From contig OY970368.1 of NCBI GenBank assembly GCA_963718615.1, positions 1,856,001 to 1,920,000 on the forward strand: a stretch of 64,000 nt of DNA, written 5' to 3'. Positions 29,437 through 39,890 of the stretch are shown in pieces. Positions within the stretch are counted from its first letter, which is position 1, and every line of letters begins with the position of its first letter. The translations under genes were made by a program, and so were the position numbers. The notes below the pieces were generated by a model that saw only the letters and a program-made list of their open reading frames with translations, did not search any database and was not told the origin of the DNA. This DNA comes from an uncultured cyanobacterium (lineage in GTDB: Bacteria; Cyanobacteriota; Cyanobacteriia; PCC-9006; JAAUQQ01).

Positions 29437-30516
29437 ATGGCGCTCGTACCCATGCGGCTATTGCTGGACCACGCCGCTGAAAACGGTTATGGCATTCCCG
29501 CATTCAACGTCAACAACCTGGAACAGATCATCTCGATCATGCAGGCTGCGGACGAAACCGACAGCCCCGTGATTTTGCAGGCCTCTCGCGGTGCTCGCAG
29601 CTATGCAGGCGAAAACTTCCTGCGTCACCTCGTTTTGGCTGCCGTGGAAACCTATCCCCACATTCCCGTGGTCATGCACCAAGACCATGGCAACAGCCCC
29701 AGCACCTGCTACTCTGCGATTAAAAATGGCTTCACTAGCGTGATGATGGACGGCTCCTTGGAGGCCGATGCTAAGACTCCTGCTAGCTTTGAGTACAACG
29801 TTGCGGTGACCTCTGAGGTCGTTAAAGTCGCTCACGCCATTGGCGCAAGCGTTGAGGGTGAGCTGGGTTGCCTCGGCTCCCTCGAAACCGGCAAGGGTGA
29901 AGCGGAAGACGGCCACGGTTTTGAAGGGGCTCTGAGCCACGATCAACTGCTGACCGACCCCGATGAAGCCGTTGACTTTGTCATTAGCACCCAAGTGGAT
30001 GCCCTAGCTGTTGCGATCGGTACCAGCCATGGCGCTTACAAGTTCACCCGTAAGCCCACGGGCGAAATCCTCGCCATCAGCCGCATCGAAGAAATTCACA
30101 AGCGTCTGCCCAACACCCACTTGGTGATGCATGGGTCTTCCTCCGTGCCCCAGGAGTGGTTGGACATGATCAACCAGTATGGCGGTGCCATTCCTGAAAC
30201 CTACGGCGTGCCCGTTGAAGAAATTCAAAAAGGCATTAAGAGTGGTGTTCGTAAAGTCAATATTGACACCGACAACCGTTTGGCCATCACCGCTGCCATC
30301 CGCGAAGCGGCATTCAAGGATCCCAAAAACTTTGATCCTCGCCACTTCCTCAAGCCTTCGATTAAGTATATGCAGAAGGTTTGCTCGGATCGCTATCAAG
30401 AGTTCTGGACTGCCGGAAATGCTAGTAAGATTAAGCAGCAGTCTGTCGAATACTTCGCTGCGAAATACGCAAAAGGCGAGCTTGATCAAGTTGCTAAGCA
30501 AACTGCAACGGTTTAG
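29437..30516 (+). CDS. fbaA: Fructose-bisphosphate aldolase class II (Calvin-cycle type)
   Basis: [41 protein letters not shown]. Confidence 0.97.
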   Translation: MALVPMRLLLDHAAENGYGIPAFNVNNLEQIISIMQAADETDSPVILQASRGARSYAGENFLRHLVLAAVETYPHIPVVMHQDHGNSPSTCYSAIKNGFTSVMMDGSLEADAKTPASFEYNVAVTSEVVKVAHAIGASVEGELGCLGSLETGKGEAEDGHGFEGALSHDQLLTDPDEAVDFVISTQVDALAVAIGTSHGAYKFTRKPTGEILAISRIEEIHKRLPNTHLVMHGSSSVPQEWLDMINQYGGAIPETYGVPVEEIQKGIKSGVRKVNIDTDNRLAITAAIREAAFKDPKNFDPRHFLKPSIKYMQKVCSDRYQEFWTAGNASKIKQQSVEYFAAKYAKGELDQVAKQTATV

Positions 30517-30582
30517 ATCGGTAGTCGATAGCGCTGTAATTGTTTAGTGTGCGGGCTCAAGGCATTATGCATTGAGTCTTAG

Positions 30583-30608
30583 GGCGGTCCGTAAGGGCCG
30601 CTTTTTTT
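30583..30608 (+). terminator. Intrinsic terminator after fbaA
   Basis: GCGGTCC-GTAA-GGGCCGC hairpin followed by T7. Confidence 0.85.
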
Positions 30609-31729
30609 AGGGCGCAATGCGTCTCTTGGGACAGAGCGTGAGCCATCTAGACGGTTTCCCGTGGGAAGATTTCTGCGCGATCGCGACCTTTTTGCTTGGC
30701 TAGATACAGCATTTTATCCGCCTTCTCGATTAACGTATCAGCCGTATCTAGACCATCCCACGCAGCAATCCCTGCTGAGAAAGTTTGTTCCTCAGGCATT
30801 ACACGCTTCAACCGTTGGATGATCTGAAGCGCATTGTCGGGCGTGCATTGAAACAACAGCAACCCAAATTCTTCACCGCCATAACGGGCCAATAAATCTC
30901 CTGTTCGTAGTTGTTGATTCCAGGCTTGAGCTACGGCTTTGAGTAACTGATCGCCCGCTTGGTGACCTCTTTGATCATTGAAGTGCTTAAAATGATCTAA
31001 ATCCAAAAGAATGAGTGTGAACGAGTCGCCTAGGGTTTGACAGCGTTCCATCATTTTGGGCAATTCTTCGTCCCAAACTCGGCGATTAGGGATCCCCGTC
31101 AATCCATCCGTTCGAGCAAGCTTATCAATATTTTTCAATAGGGCAATCTGCCGGTGCATAAACGCATTCGCACGTTTAACAAAGAGTCGTAACGTCGCCA
31201 ACACGCAGCCCCCCGAGAGAAACATTAGAATATAGGCGATATTATTAGCTTCTCTAGCTTCTTGCAGGCTTTGGTGGGAAAGATTCAGGATAGAAACAAT
31301 TAATTCTTCTATTTCAGAGGTGATCTTTTTAAAATATTGACTCTCTTGGCTGCTCACCCAGCCATTGGCCCTTGCGATCGCGGTTGGATCTTGAGAACGA
31401 TAGGCTTGAACTACAGTTTGATCGATTTCCATAACTTTTTGGAAGTGGGAAGATACTAATTTCCACACTTCTATTTCCGATGGTTCAGAGATATGGTCTC
31501 GAATGCGATGGATTTCTAGGTTTAGCTGAGCGGCTGTCTCCAGAAAATTCCTACGATTCGGTGAATGATCGTCAAGCGCTTGCGGCAATCCACGAAGAGC
31601 ATCAAAGGCATAGGCCGTTTGCCAACTCTTAAGCTGGACTGCTAGAAATTTAGTTTCAAAGGCAAGATAGGTCAATTGATGAGCTTCTTGCCATTTTTGT
31701 CTTTGATGCTGATCCGTTTGCCAGCTAAA

Positions 31730-33559
31730 CCCGGATATCTCACCAGTGCCGAGGGATCGGGGTCACCAACCAGCGAGAATGTAATAACCACAAGACATTC
31801 AGCGGTTTGCAAAGATGGCCCCGACCCAAACAGAGTGTAACTTGCCAAGCTACGAGTTTGGACGCCTGAATCAACGCAAGATAGTAGCGAACTTTAGCGG
31901 TGGTGAGCTCAGCAGTGATGGAGGGCTGCTGCTAATTCGAGAAATCGACCAGCTATATCGAATCAGTGAGCGGCTGTCCGAGTGCTTTACGGATCACCGC
32001 GATGGCAGCCGGGTGCAACATGAATTGAAAACGCTGCTCGGGCAACGGCTTTATGGATTGGTGCAAGGCTACGAGGACGTGAATGACCATGACGACCTTC
32101 GGCATGAGCGATTATTTGGGGTAGTTCTGGGTCAGTTAGAAAGCCAGCATCCGCGCTGTGCACCGTTAGCGGGCAAGAGCACCCTCAACCGATTGGAGCA
32201 AGCGATGCATGTCCCCCGCGACTTGTCAGATTCGCGCTACGTGAAACTGAGCCTGGACCCGGCTGCCATCGAGGCGCTCTTGGTGGAGCTATTCATCGAA
32301 CAACTCGAAGGTGAACCGAAACAAATCATCCTGGACATGGATGTCACCGATGACCCCACCCATGGCACCCAGGAAGGTTCAGCGTTCAATGGGTATTACC
32401 GCCATGACTGCTACACCCCGTTGCTCATCTTCAGTGGTCGCCATTTGTTGAGTGCAAAACTGCGACCGGCCAATGTGGACCCCGCAGCGGGAGCGTTAGA
32501 AGAACTCCAACGCATCGTGGCTCAGATTCGAGGTCATTGGCCGAAGGTGAAGATTCTGGTGCGCGGCGATAGTGCTTACAGCCGAGATGACATCATGCTG
32601 TGGTGTGAAGGTGAAGCCCAGGTGGACTTTGTTTTTGCCCACAGCAGCAATGAGCGCTTGCGCCAATTGACTTGGGGGTTAGAACAGCGAGCCAAAGCCG
32701 TTTATGAGGCCCAGCGCCAAACGGTTGCTGCCACCTTAGAACCTCTGTTAGAGCAGAGTGCAAGTGAACTAGAGGCTGAACTCAACCGCTTGGTTCCGCC
32801 CCAGGTTTGGCATCAGTCCTTGAGCTATGCCACGCTTAAATCCTGGAGCTGTGAGCGTCGCGTCATTTGCAAGCTCACCTACGATGGCAATGGCCCACGT
32901 CGCCATTTCGTTGTCACCTCTTTGACAGCACAGCAGGCCCATCCCGCTCACCTTCACCGCGATTATTACTGTCCGCGAGGAGAGATGGAAAATCGCATCA
33001 AGGAGCATCAGCTTGACCTCTTCAGCGACCGCACCTCCACCCATGACTTTGAAAGCAATCAGCTCAGACTCTGGTTTTCATCCTTCGCCTATGTCTTGAT
33101 GCAGGCCCTGCGCCTCAAGGCACTCGCCAAAACTGAACTCGCTGATGCGACTCTGGGCACCATTCGACGCAAGCTGCTCAAGCTTGGCGCACAGGTTCGC
33201 ATCTCTGTCAGGCGCATTCTCGTCGCATTCACTTTCGCTTCGCCCATACAAACCCTCTTTGAAGCGGCAGCACAACAGTTGCGCAGACGACTCCCTAGGC
33301 CAGGATAGACCGATGAGTAGAACTCTAGCCTTTCGCTCCGACTTTAATTCAACGACTCTCCAAGGGTGAGATTACACACCCTTGCTTTGACCTGCTCAAA
33401 ATCTGCCTGAAGCCCCATATCTAGAGCACAATGACTACCTTTACAGCATAGACAGCCTGAAAGATGCCTCAGGCATCCTCTATTGCTCGAGTCAACAGAC
33501 TGCTCATCTCATTTCGGGCAAGCCTGATACTCTCTATCCGCCCTGGTGAGAAATCCGGG
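31730..33559 (+). mobile_element. IS1380-family insertion sequence (1,830 bp)
   Basis: 17-bp inverted repeats CCCGGAT(A/T)TCTCACCAG; CTAAA duplicated on both sides. Confidence 0.93.
31815..33308 (+). CDS. IS1380-family transposase
   Basis: F.GG.LSSDGG, GYED.NDHD.LR, LD.D.TDD..HG.QE, RGDS, Y..RGEMENRIKE. Confidence 0.95.
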   Translation: MAPTQTECNLPSYEFGRLNQRKIVANFSGGELSSDGGLLLIREIDQLYRISERLSECFTDHRDGSRVQHELKTLLGQRLYGLVQGYEDVNDHDDLRHERLFGVVLGQLESQHPRCAPLAGKSTLNRLEQAMHVPRDLSDSRYVKLSLDPAAIEALLVELFIEQLEGEPKQIILDMDVTDDPTHGTQEGSAFNGYYRHDCYTPLLIFSGRHLLSAKLRPANVDPAAGALEELQRIVAQIRGHWPKVKILVRGDSAYSRDDIMLWCEGEAQVDFVFAHSSNERLRQLTWGLEQRAKAVYEAQRQTVAATLEPLLEQSASELEAELNRLVPPQVWHQSLSYATLKSWSCERRVICKLTYDGNGPRRHFVVTSLTAQQAHPAHLHRDYYCPRGEMENRIKEHQLDLFSDRTSTHDFESNQLRLWFSSFAYVLMQALRLKALAKTELADATLGTIRRKLLKLGAQVRISVRRILVAFTFASPIQTLFEAAAQQLRRRLPRPG

Positions 33560-33704
33560 CTAAACCAGCCACAAAGAATTGAAGCTAATAAAAAGAAAAC
33601 AATTAAAATAATCGAGATTTTAGCATGGTAGCGCTCTTGCTCTGGCCAGACACTAAACATTGGTCACCTCAAGCCCAAACGGATTAGTTAATGCGATGGC
33701 AAAT

Positions 33705-36239
33705 CTAGCAAGCTAGGGGAGGCAGAAGGCGACGTAAGCGTTGGCGAAGCACTGGCCAATTAATCGGTTTAGTAATGTAGTCGTCAGCACCGGCAGAAAA
33801 GGCACGATTCACCGATTCTTCATCCTCTAAGGACGTGATGAGCAAAACCAGTAGCTTCGAGTGACTAGAGGGTTGAGATTGGGCGCGATCGCACTGTTTC
33901 AACGCGGCACAGCAATCAAATCCATTCATTCCCGGCATCATGGCATCTAGCAAAACAATCTGAGGACGGAGTTGTGCGTAGAGTTGAAGGGCCGTTTCTG
34001 CATCTGCCGCTTCTGCCGTTCGATAGCCTTCATGTTCTAGAAAACGTCTAAAGATCTTCCGAATCAGCTTTTCATCATCCACAATCAACACTAGGGGCTG
34101 ATTGTCTAAATTCTGGCGTTCCGCCTCTGATTCCCATACGGGCGTATCTAAGAGCGATTGACGATTCTCCGTTAACAGTTGCGTGGCGATCGCCCGGTCA
34201 ACAGGTGGGGATAAAAGCTCACCTTGACCAATTTGAAATCCTAAGGATTTTAGCGTTTTTAGCTGTTCTGGCGTTTCAATGCCCTCTGCATGGAGCGGCA
34301 ATGATAGGTCCGCCGCAAGAGAGATCAGAGATTCGATGAGCGAACGATAGCCACGTCTGGTGCCAATGGTTCGAATTAAATTGCGATCAAGGGCGAGACC
34401 ATCCAGGGGAAACTGATGGAGAGATTGTAATGATGCAACCCCTGAGCCAAAGCTGTCGAGATAGATCTGAATTCCCCGTTCTCGAAGCTGGAAAAGAATC
34501 GCGATCGCCGCTGCTGGATCTTGCTGTAGGACGGTTTCGGTGATGTCAAACCCCAAACTAGAACCGGGCAAACCTTGGGCAAACCAGCAGGTTTCCAAAT
34601 CATGCATGAGCCGAGCATCAAAGAATTGTTGAGGTGATAAATTGATGCGTAGGTATTGGGGTGCAAGGGGAAAGGTTTCTTGCCAGAGCTTGAGTTGGAT
34701 TGCCGATTCTTCCAAAATCCAAGCCGTTAGATCCCGAATCCATCCGGTCTCTTCCAGGCGAGGCAAAAAATCACGGGGTAGCAAGAGCTGATCAAAGCTT
34801 TGTTGCCATCGTAAGAGTACTTCAAACCCTTGAATTTGTGAAGTTTTAAACGAGAAAATCGGTTGAAAATAGAGGCGAAACTCCTTTTGTAAAATGGCTT
34901 GATGCAAATCTGCATTTTTAAGAACGGCTTGTTGTAAAACCCGTTGATACTGTTTGCTAATGGCCTGAGGTGTAAAGTTCTTAGCCACATAAAAGTGGCC
35001 TGCTTCACCCAATTGCTCTTTCATTGCACTCTCGTTAGAGAGATAGCGAATAAAAGCCGCTAAACCCGAGCCATCACCATTCGAGAAGGCTGCGCCACAG
35101 CGAGCATCTGCCACCATTTGCCGGAGATAGGAATGGGCTTCACAAATGACAGCAATAGGACGTCCAGAAGCCAGTGCCGAATAGAACTTGCTAGGTGCGA
35201 CTAATCCTTCCATGCCAGGTGCAATACTCACGAGGGCCAAATCACAGGCGGTGAGAGATTGGGGTAGGCGCGATCGCTCCTGATAGGGCAAAAACTTACA
35301 GTTTTCTAGTCCTAACGCTGCAACTCTTTCCATGCATTCTTCTCGCTTAGGTCCCCCACCAATGAAAACGAATTGGATATTTTCTGCCTTTAACTCCTGG
35401 GCAGCATCTAAAATGGTATCCATGTCATGGCAACGACCCATATTGCCTGAATAGAGAACCGTAAAGGTATCGACTAAGTGATGTTCCTGGGCAAAGGCAT
35501 TCTCTTGTTTGGGCAATGGCTTAATCCAGGTGGAGTCAGCCCAGTTATGAATAATAACAATTTTTCTGGCAACGCTAGGCGCACGATTGACAATGCGCTC
35601 CTGCATAGTTTCGCTAGGAACAATGATCACGCTAGCACGTTGCCAAACTGCTTTATTGACCGCATTCCAAAACCGAACAATCCAATGATTTTCTGAAACG
35701 ACACCCAGCTCGATCGCGACTTCGGGATAAAGATCGTAGACCAGACAAGCATAGGGAATTTTGAACAAAACATGCATTAAATAGCCGAGGGTTTGCAGAT
35801 AGGGGGGCTCACTGACAAACAGCAGCAGATCCCCTCGGTTGCTCGGTAGGCAAAGATAGAGAGCTGCCCGTAGGCAAAACAGAAGGCCACGCAGCATTCG
35901 GCCTAGAAAATGGCGATCGCCCCAGCGGGAAACCCGAGAGCGTTGCACTTTGACGCCTGATCGAATTTCCTGACGAGCCGCATTGGCTTCGGTGTAGGCG
36001 TAGCCCGGCATGCCTGTAAATACCGTGACATCCATTGCTTGATTGCTCAAGTTCTGTGCCAATTCTTCAACAAATTGACCTGTCGCGGCAAAATCCGGCG
36101 GATAGAATTGAGTTAAAATCGTTAGACGAACGGCAGAAGATGTCGCTGAGGCTGAGAATTTTTCAAGGTCTGCTACGTGTTGATCGCTGAGGGGGCGCTG
36201 GAACTTGAGGGCAGGCGGAAACGGTTGGGTGACAGTCAT
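33705..36239 (-). CDS. Fusion of a WcaI-like GT4 glycosyltransferase, a degenerate EAL domain and a receiver domain
   Basis: TQFYPPD..ATG, YDLYP, YSGNMGR.H, PSKFY; then FQPI..GFEVLLRW, LDSFGSG, AEGIET; then LIVDDE..LLDAMMP..KP. Confidence 0.88.
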   Translation of the reverse strand: MTVTQPFPPALKFQRPLSDQHVADLEKFSASATSSAVRLTILTQFYPPDFAATGQFVEELAQNLSNQAMDVTVFTGMPGYAYTEANAARQEIRSGVKVQRSRVSRWGDRHFLGRMLRGLLFCLRAALYLCLPSNRGDLLLFVSEPPYLQTLGYLMHVLFKIPYACLVYDLYPEVAIELGVVSENHWIVRFWNAVNKAVWQRASVIIVPSETMQERIVNRAPSVARKIVIIHNWADSTWIKPLPKQENAFAQEHHLVDTFTVLYSGNMGRCHDMDTILDAAQELKAENIQFVFIGGGPKREECMERVAALGLENCKFLPYQERSRLPQSLTACDLALVSIAPGMEGLVAPSKFYSALASGRPIAVICEAHSYLRQMVADARCGAAFSNGDGSGLAAFIRYLSNESAMKEQLGEAGHFYVAKNFTPQAISKQYQRVLQQAVLKNADLHQAILQKEFRLYFQPIFSFKTSQIQGFEVLLRWQQSFDQLLLPRDFLPRLEETGWIRDLTAWILEESAIQLKLWQETFPLAPQYLRINLSPQQFFDARLMHDLETCWFAQGLPGSSLGFDITETVLQQDPAAAIAILFQLRERGIQIYLDSFGSGVASLQSLHQFPLDGLALDRNLIRTIGTRRGYRSLIESLISLAADLSLPLHAEGIETPEQLKTLKSLGFQIGQGELLSPPVDRAIATQLLTENRQSLLDTPVWESEAERQNLDNQPLVLIVDDEKLIRKIFRRFLEHEGYRTAEAADAETALQLYAQLRPQIVLLDAMMPGMNGFDCCAALKQCDRAQSQPSSHSKLLVLLITSLEDEESVNRAFSAGADDYITKPINWPVLRQRLRRLLPPLAC

Positions 36240-36307
36240 GGTAGAGCACAGAAACGATGGTAGTATCAGGCTAGACAGCAGCAAGCTAAATAGTTAAGCG
36301 GATCAGT

Positions 36308-37105
36308 TTAGGCATCTGAGATAGAAGGAGCAGGCTTAAATGGAGAGATATTAAATCGCCATTTGATATATATGGAACGAGCGATCGCCAGCCCAATTAA
36401 CAACAAGCCTAAAAGGGGCTGAACTTCAAAAGGAATGGGTTTTGCCGAAGCCAGATTGACGGTTGCGTCTTGCCCTAAATTTGCGCTTTGAAAAATAGAC
36501 CAAAAGTTCTTCTCGCCAACATCAACGATGAGAAGGCCATCATTGAAATCATTGTCACTCCCAGAACCGGCAATATCCTCATAGCCCAAAATCAATAACG
36601 GAATGGTTTGATTAGGATCCGCATAGGCAACCCAAAAAACGGGTGAATTGGGATTGAAAGGACTCGTCGGATTAAGGGTTGAGTCTGTACTCAAAGCTGT
36701 TCTATTAGGTTGGAATACACCATTCGGCGTAACTGAGAAGTTGAGCTGAGTCCCCCCTTGAAGTTCGGAAAGCTGGACCCAATCTCCAACGGAAAGGGGA
36801 GCGCCTTTGCTCGGCAAGATACTGTTGTATCCTGAAAAATTAGAGAAAACGGTCGCTTCTCCTGTGGTGCTTCCGGTGGCAGAAACATTAATAGGAGATT
36901 GATAGCCTGCCCCCTCATTTAGAAAGGCAACCCGTGGTGCGTAGTCATCCGTAAGATACAGAGCACTACTATCAATAAGCCACAAATTGCTTGATTCTAG
37001 ATCAACGGCAACACGCTCTGAGATTCCCAGTTGACTATAATTGCTTAAATCAAACCAGCTATTCTCAGCCGTATAGCTTTGGATATTACCGACAGTAATC
37101 CCCAT
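36308..37105 (-). CDS. DUF4114-like protein with PFE-CTERM-type sorting signal
   Basis: FLNEGAGY, GYED...GSDNDFND; C-terminal PIPFE + TM helix + basic residues. Confidence 0.75.
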   Translation of the reverse strand: MGITVGNIQSYTAENSWFDLSNYSQLGISERVAVDLESSNLWLIDSSALYLTDDYAPRVAFLNEGAGYQSPINVSATGSTTGEATVFSNFSGYNSILPSKGAPLSVGDWVQLSELQGGTQLNFSVTPNGVFQPNRTALSTDSTLNPTSPFNPNSPVFWVAYADPNQTIPLLILGYEDIAGSGSDNDFNDGLLIVDVGEKNFWSIFQSANLGQDATVNLASAKPIPFEVQPLLGLLLIGLAIARSIYIKWRFNISPFKPAPSISDA

Positions 37106-37147
37106 CTTTAGACTCCTGACTACTAAGCTTTAATGCATGAATGAGAC

Positions 37148-37921
37148 TCAAAAATCTGCAAACTTTACGCCTAGGATTGATTGATAACGTAAAAGCTTGC
37201 GACCCATCACTAACGCCACTAAAAGAAGCAGGCCAAGGGTGGGAGAAACCTCTAAGGGAACTGCCTTTGACGTTCCTCCTGGGTCAGCGATCGCCGTACT
37301 ACCTTCTGTAATGGCTACATCTGTTGTGGCGGTTGGAGTCTCACTAGGGGGCAAGAGATCTGATGCAGAGCTTGTCTCGTTACCAGAGTTTGTTGTTGTA
37401 CTTCCAGAAGAAGTGGTGCTAGAAGAACCTGAAGAACTTGTTGTTGTGCTTGTTGCCGTGAGCAGAGGAGAATTCGTATTGATGCTGCTATCCGTAGTGC
37501 CAGAACCCGAAGAGGCACTGCTGACGTTTAACGTTTCAGCTCCGCTTTGGGTTCCGCCACTGACATCTAGAGAAAAAGTTAGTCCATCCGTGAGGGGTTG
37601 AGTCGTATCGCTCAGAAGACCGCTTCCACTTCCACTTGTACCTGTTCCGCCTCCGGCTAGTGCAGTAACATTAATGTTATTCACTTGAGTTTCATCAATC
37701 AGATTTGGCGTCTGATCTAGCGAGCTATCGGTAAACAGAAGGGGATCACTGGATTGAGTGGTTAGACCTAAGGCGTTTGTATCTGCCAGCCAAACGGTAC
37801 TGGGTGACAAACTCAATCCTGTGCCATTAGACTCTCCAACAGGAGTAGGCTCAGTTGCCAGTTTGATATCTGACCAATCAGTTGCGTATTGTTCAATGGG
37901 TGCAATCGTAACGTCAGCCAT
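37148..37921 (-). CDS. Ser/Thr-rich low-complexity protein with PFE/PEP-CTERM-like tail
   Basis: Long S/T/G tracts; AVPLEVSPTLGLLLLVALVMGRKLLR. Confidence 0.7.
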   Translation of the reverse strand: MADVTIAPIEQYATDWSDIKLATEPTPVGESNGTGLSLSPSTVWLADTNALGLTTQSSDPLLFTDSSLDQTPNLIDETQVNNINVTALAGGGTGTSGSGSGLLSDTTQPLTDGLTFSLDVSGGTQSGAETLNVSSASSGSGTTDSSINTNSPLLTATSTTTSSSGSSSTTSSGSTTTNSGNETSSASDLLPPSETPTATTDVAITEGSTAIADPGGTSKAVPLEVSPTLGLLLLVALVMGRKLLRYQSILGVKFADF

Positions 37922-37951
37922 GATGGGTATATCTCAAAAAAAGTTAAACAG

Positions 37952-38596
37952 CTAAGGCGTGCGGTTCAGTTGATATTTGTAGCTATATAAACTAGATCCG
38001 GTACGCTTGATGAAAATCCACACCAAAGAACGTCCCACATCCCGCAGGGTTCTCCACCGAGATTCTGGAGGATGGTTTGAAGGGATCGTTACCGCTGTGT
38101 ATGCTATACCCTGACTCCCCAAAACTAGATTGGCGATCGCCTTTGCTCGGGGCATATGATAATCCGAGGTGACTAGATAGAGGTGATGCAATTGCTGTTG
38201 TCGAAACGTCATCACTAACGATGTAAAGTTAGTAACCGTATCAACAGCATTTCGATCAAAATACAAGTTTTCGGATGGAATTCCGGCCTCCAAAAATAGG
38301 GGGAGAGCTTGCTCTTCCGTCAATCCTGAAGAGATCCAAATGGGTAACTCAGGATGAGCACGGGCAAAATAGGCCGTAAATGCTTCTCGAACAGGACTTC
38401 CTCCTAAGACCAGGATGGCTTGTGGTTGAGGGGCTTGGGAGAGGGCGATCGCCATTCGCAAAGGGATGCAACCCAAAACGCTCAGAAGAATAGCCAAGAG
38501 CATCAAACTGAACAGATGTACACCGCGACGTAGCAGGTTGCCGGCAATGCCCCTCCTTGGTGCAGATGCAGTAAACGAGAAAAAGGGAAAAGCCAC
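37952..38596 (-). CDS. YdcF/DUF218-family protein
   Basis: ILVLGG, ISSG, AVDTVTNF, LVTSDYHMPRA. Confidence 0.88.
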   Translation of the reverse strand: MAFPFFSFTASAPRRGIAGNLLRRGVHLFSLMLLAILLSVLGCIPLRMAIALSQAPQPQAILVLGGSPVREAFTAYFARAHPELPIWISSGLTEEQALPLFLEAGIPSENLYFDRNAVDTVTNFTSLVMTFRQQQLHHLYLVTSDYHMPRAKAIANLVLGSQGIAYTAVTIPSNHPPESRWRTLRDVGRSLVWIFIKRTGSSLYSYKYQLNRTP

Positions 38597-38801
38597 AATT
38601 GCTCAGAAGTCGTGGAGAAAACAACTCTATTCTTGAATGTGAAGGATTGCGATGAAGTTGTTCCAGTGGTTGTTTTTAAAGACAAACATCGAGAACCTTA
38701 AAATCAACATTTTGATTTTAAAATTGGCTAAACGAACCGAGGCAATTGAAAGGGATTCAGCCCTGTATCGATTGTCTTTTGTCCATCTCCCGAACTTATT
38801 T

Positions 38802-39812
38802 ATGAATACTTTGAATCCTGAATCCGGAGCGCTAACTGAGGATTCACGTCAAAATGAGTCCTTGGAGGCTGAGAGTGCAATCCTTGAGGTCCAGGCCATG
38901 GAACCGTCTTCGTCTACAGTATTGAATGCTAGCCTACCCCCTCAGAATACGGGAAATAATTTCGCTAATGCCTCTCAAGGGGCTGCTAAATCCTTTTATT
39001 TAGAGGGATTACAACAAGTCACTGTCTTAGGGATCTGTCGCAGTATTGGCTATACACTTGTCTTTTTTGCCACTGTTGATTTGCTTTATGCCCTTATTCC
39101 ACCTAAGTTTACAGACCCTGTTTGGGAATTTCAGACCATTGGGGATTGGTTTGAACGGGTTCCCGTTTTAGTCTTGGGCCTCATGCTCGTTTTCTATGGT
39201 GAGCGCCATTTCCGAACCCGACTAGAACACCATTTGCTGCGTCTTCTCTCTTGGTTGAGTTTGGTTTTAGGGCTCAGCTTTTTGCTAATATTGCCGCTTT
39301 GTGTCAACGATGCGGTCCAAATCAATCGACTTAATAATCAACAGATTAATACTCAGCTTAATGAACAAAATGACCAGTTAGATAAAGCGCGATCGCGCAT
39401 CCTCTCCGCTTCTGAAGCTGAGCTCGAAACCCTATTATTAGCGCCAGAGCAAGCTGCGAAAGTTCCTAATGCACCCCGTACAACCAAAGTGGCCAAAAAT
39501 GTCGCACTAGACAATTTAGAAAAGGTAGCAGATCAGACTACAGAAAAAGCTAACCAGGCACGTAAAAACCTTAAGCGGAATCTACTAAAAAATACGGCTC
39601 GTTTGATAGCAGGATTCTTTGTTTCCTCGGGTCTTCTCTTCTATCTATGGAAAAAGACAGATTGGGCTCGTAATCTCAGCAGCTATAAGCGTGCGATGGT
39701 TGTCCCTAAAACTAAGCAACAAAAATCCTTTAACCCAGGTCAAGATCTTGCTCGAATGACGGCTAAAAAAACAACCTTAAAGGTCAAGGGCCGTAAGCAC
39801 AAGGCTAAGTAA
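38802..39812 (+). CDS. HpsJ-like membrane protein (cyanoexosortase-associated)
   Basis: PP.F.DP.WEFQTIG...ERVPV..LG..LVF.G; adjacent to exosortase. Confidence 0.75.
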   Translation: MNTLNPESGALTEDSRQNESLEAESAILEVQAMEPSSSTVLNASLPPQNTGNNFANASQGAAKSFYLEGLQQVTVLGICRSIGYTLVFFATVDLLYALIPPKFTDPVWEFQTIGDWFERVPVLVLGLMLVFYGERHFRTRLEHHLLRLLSWLSLVLGLSFLLILPLCVNDAVQINRLNNQQINTQLNEQNDQLDKARSRILSASEAELETLLLAPEQAAKVPNAPRTTKVAKNVALDNLEKVADQTTEKANQARKNLKRNLLKNTARLIAGFFVSSGLLFYLWKKTDWARNLSSYKRAMVVPKTKQQKSFNPGQDLARMTAKKTTLKVKGRKHKAK

Positions 39813-39890
39813 AATCAAGCCTAGACTATCTAATGAAATTCAGCTCAACTCAAGCTATACAACATTGTACAATCGACAGAAACTCAGTTT

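Larger units (their letters stand above)
30647..33660 (-). pseudogene. Membrane-anchored diguanylate cyclase (GGEEF) split by IS1380
   Basis: Removing 31730-33559 and one CTAAA copy joins the ORF starting at 33660 to 30647-31675 in frame (..LCGWFS-WQTDQHQRQKWQEAHQLTYLAF..), about 392 aa, with an RYGGEEF motif. Confidence 0.9.
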
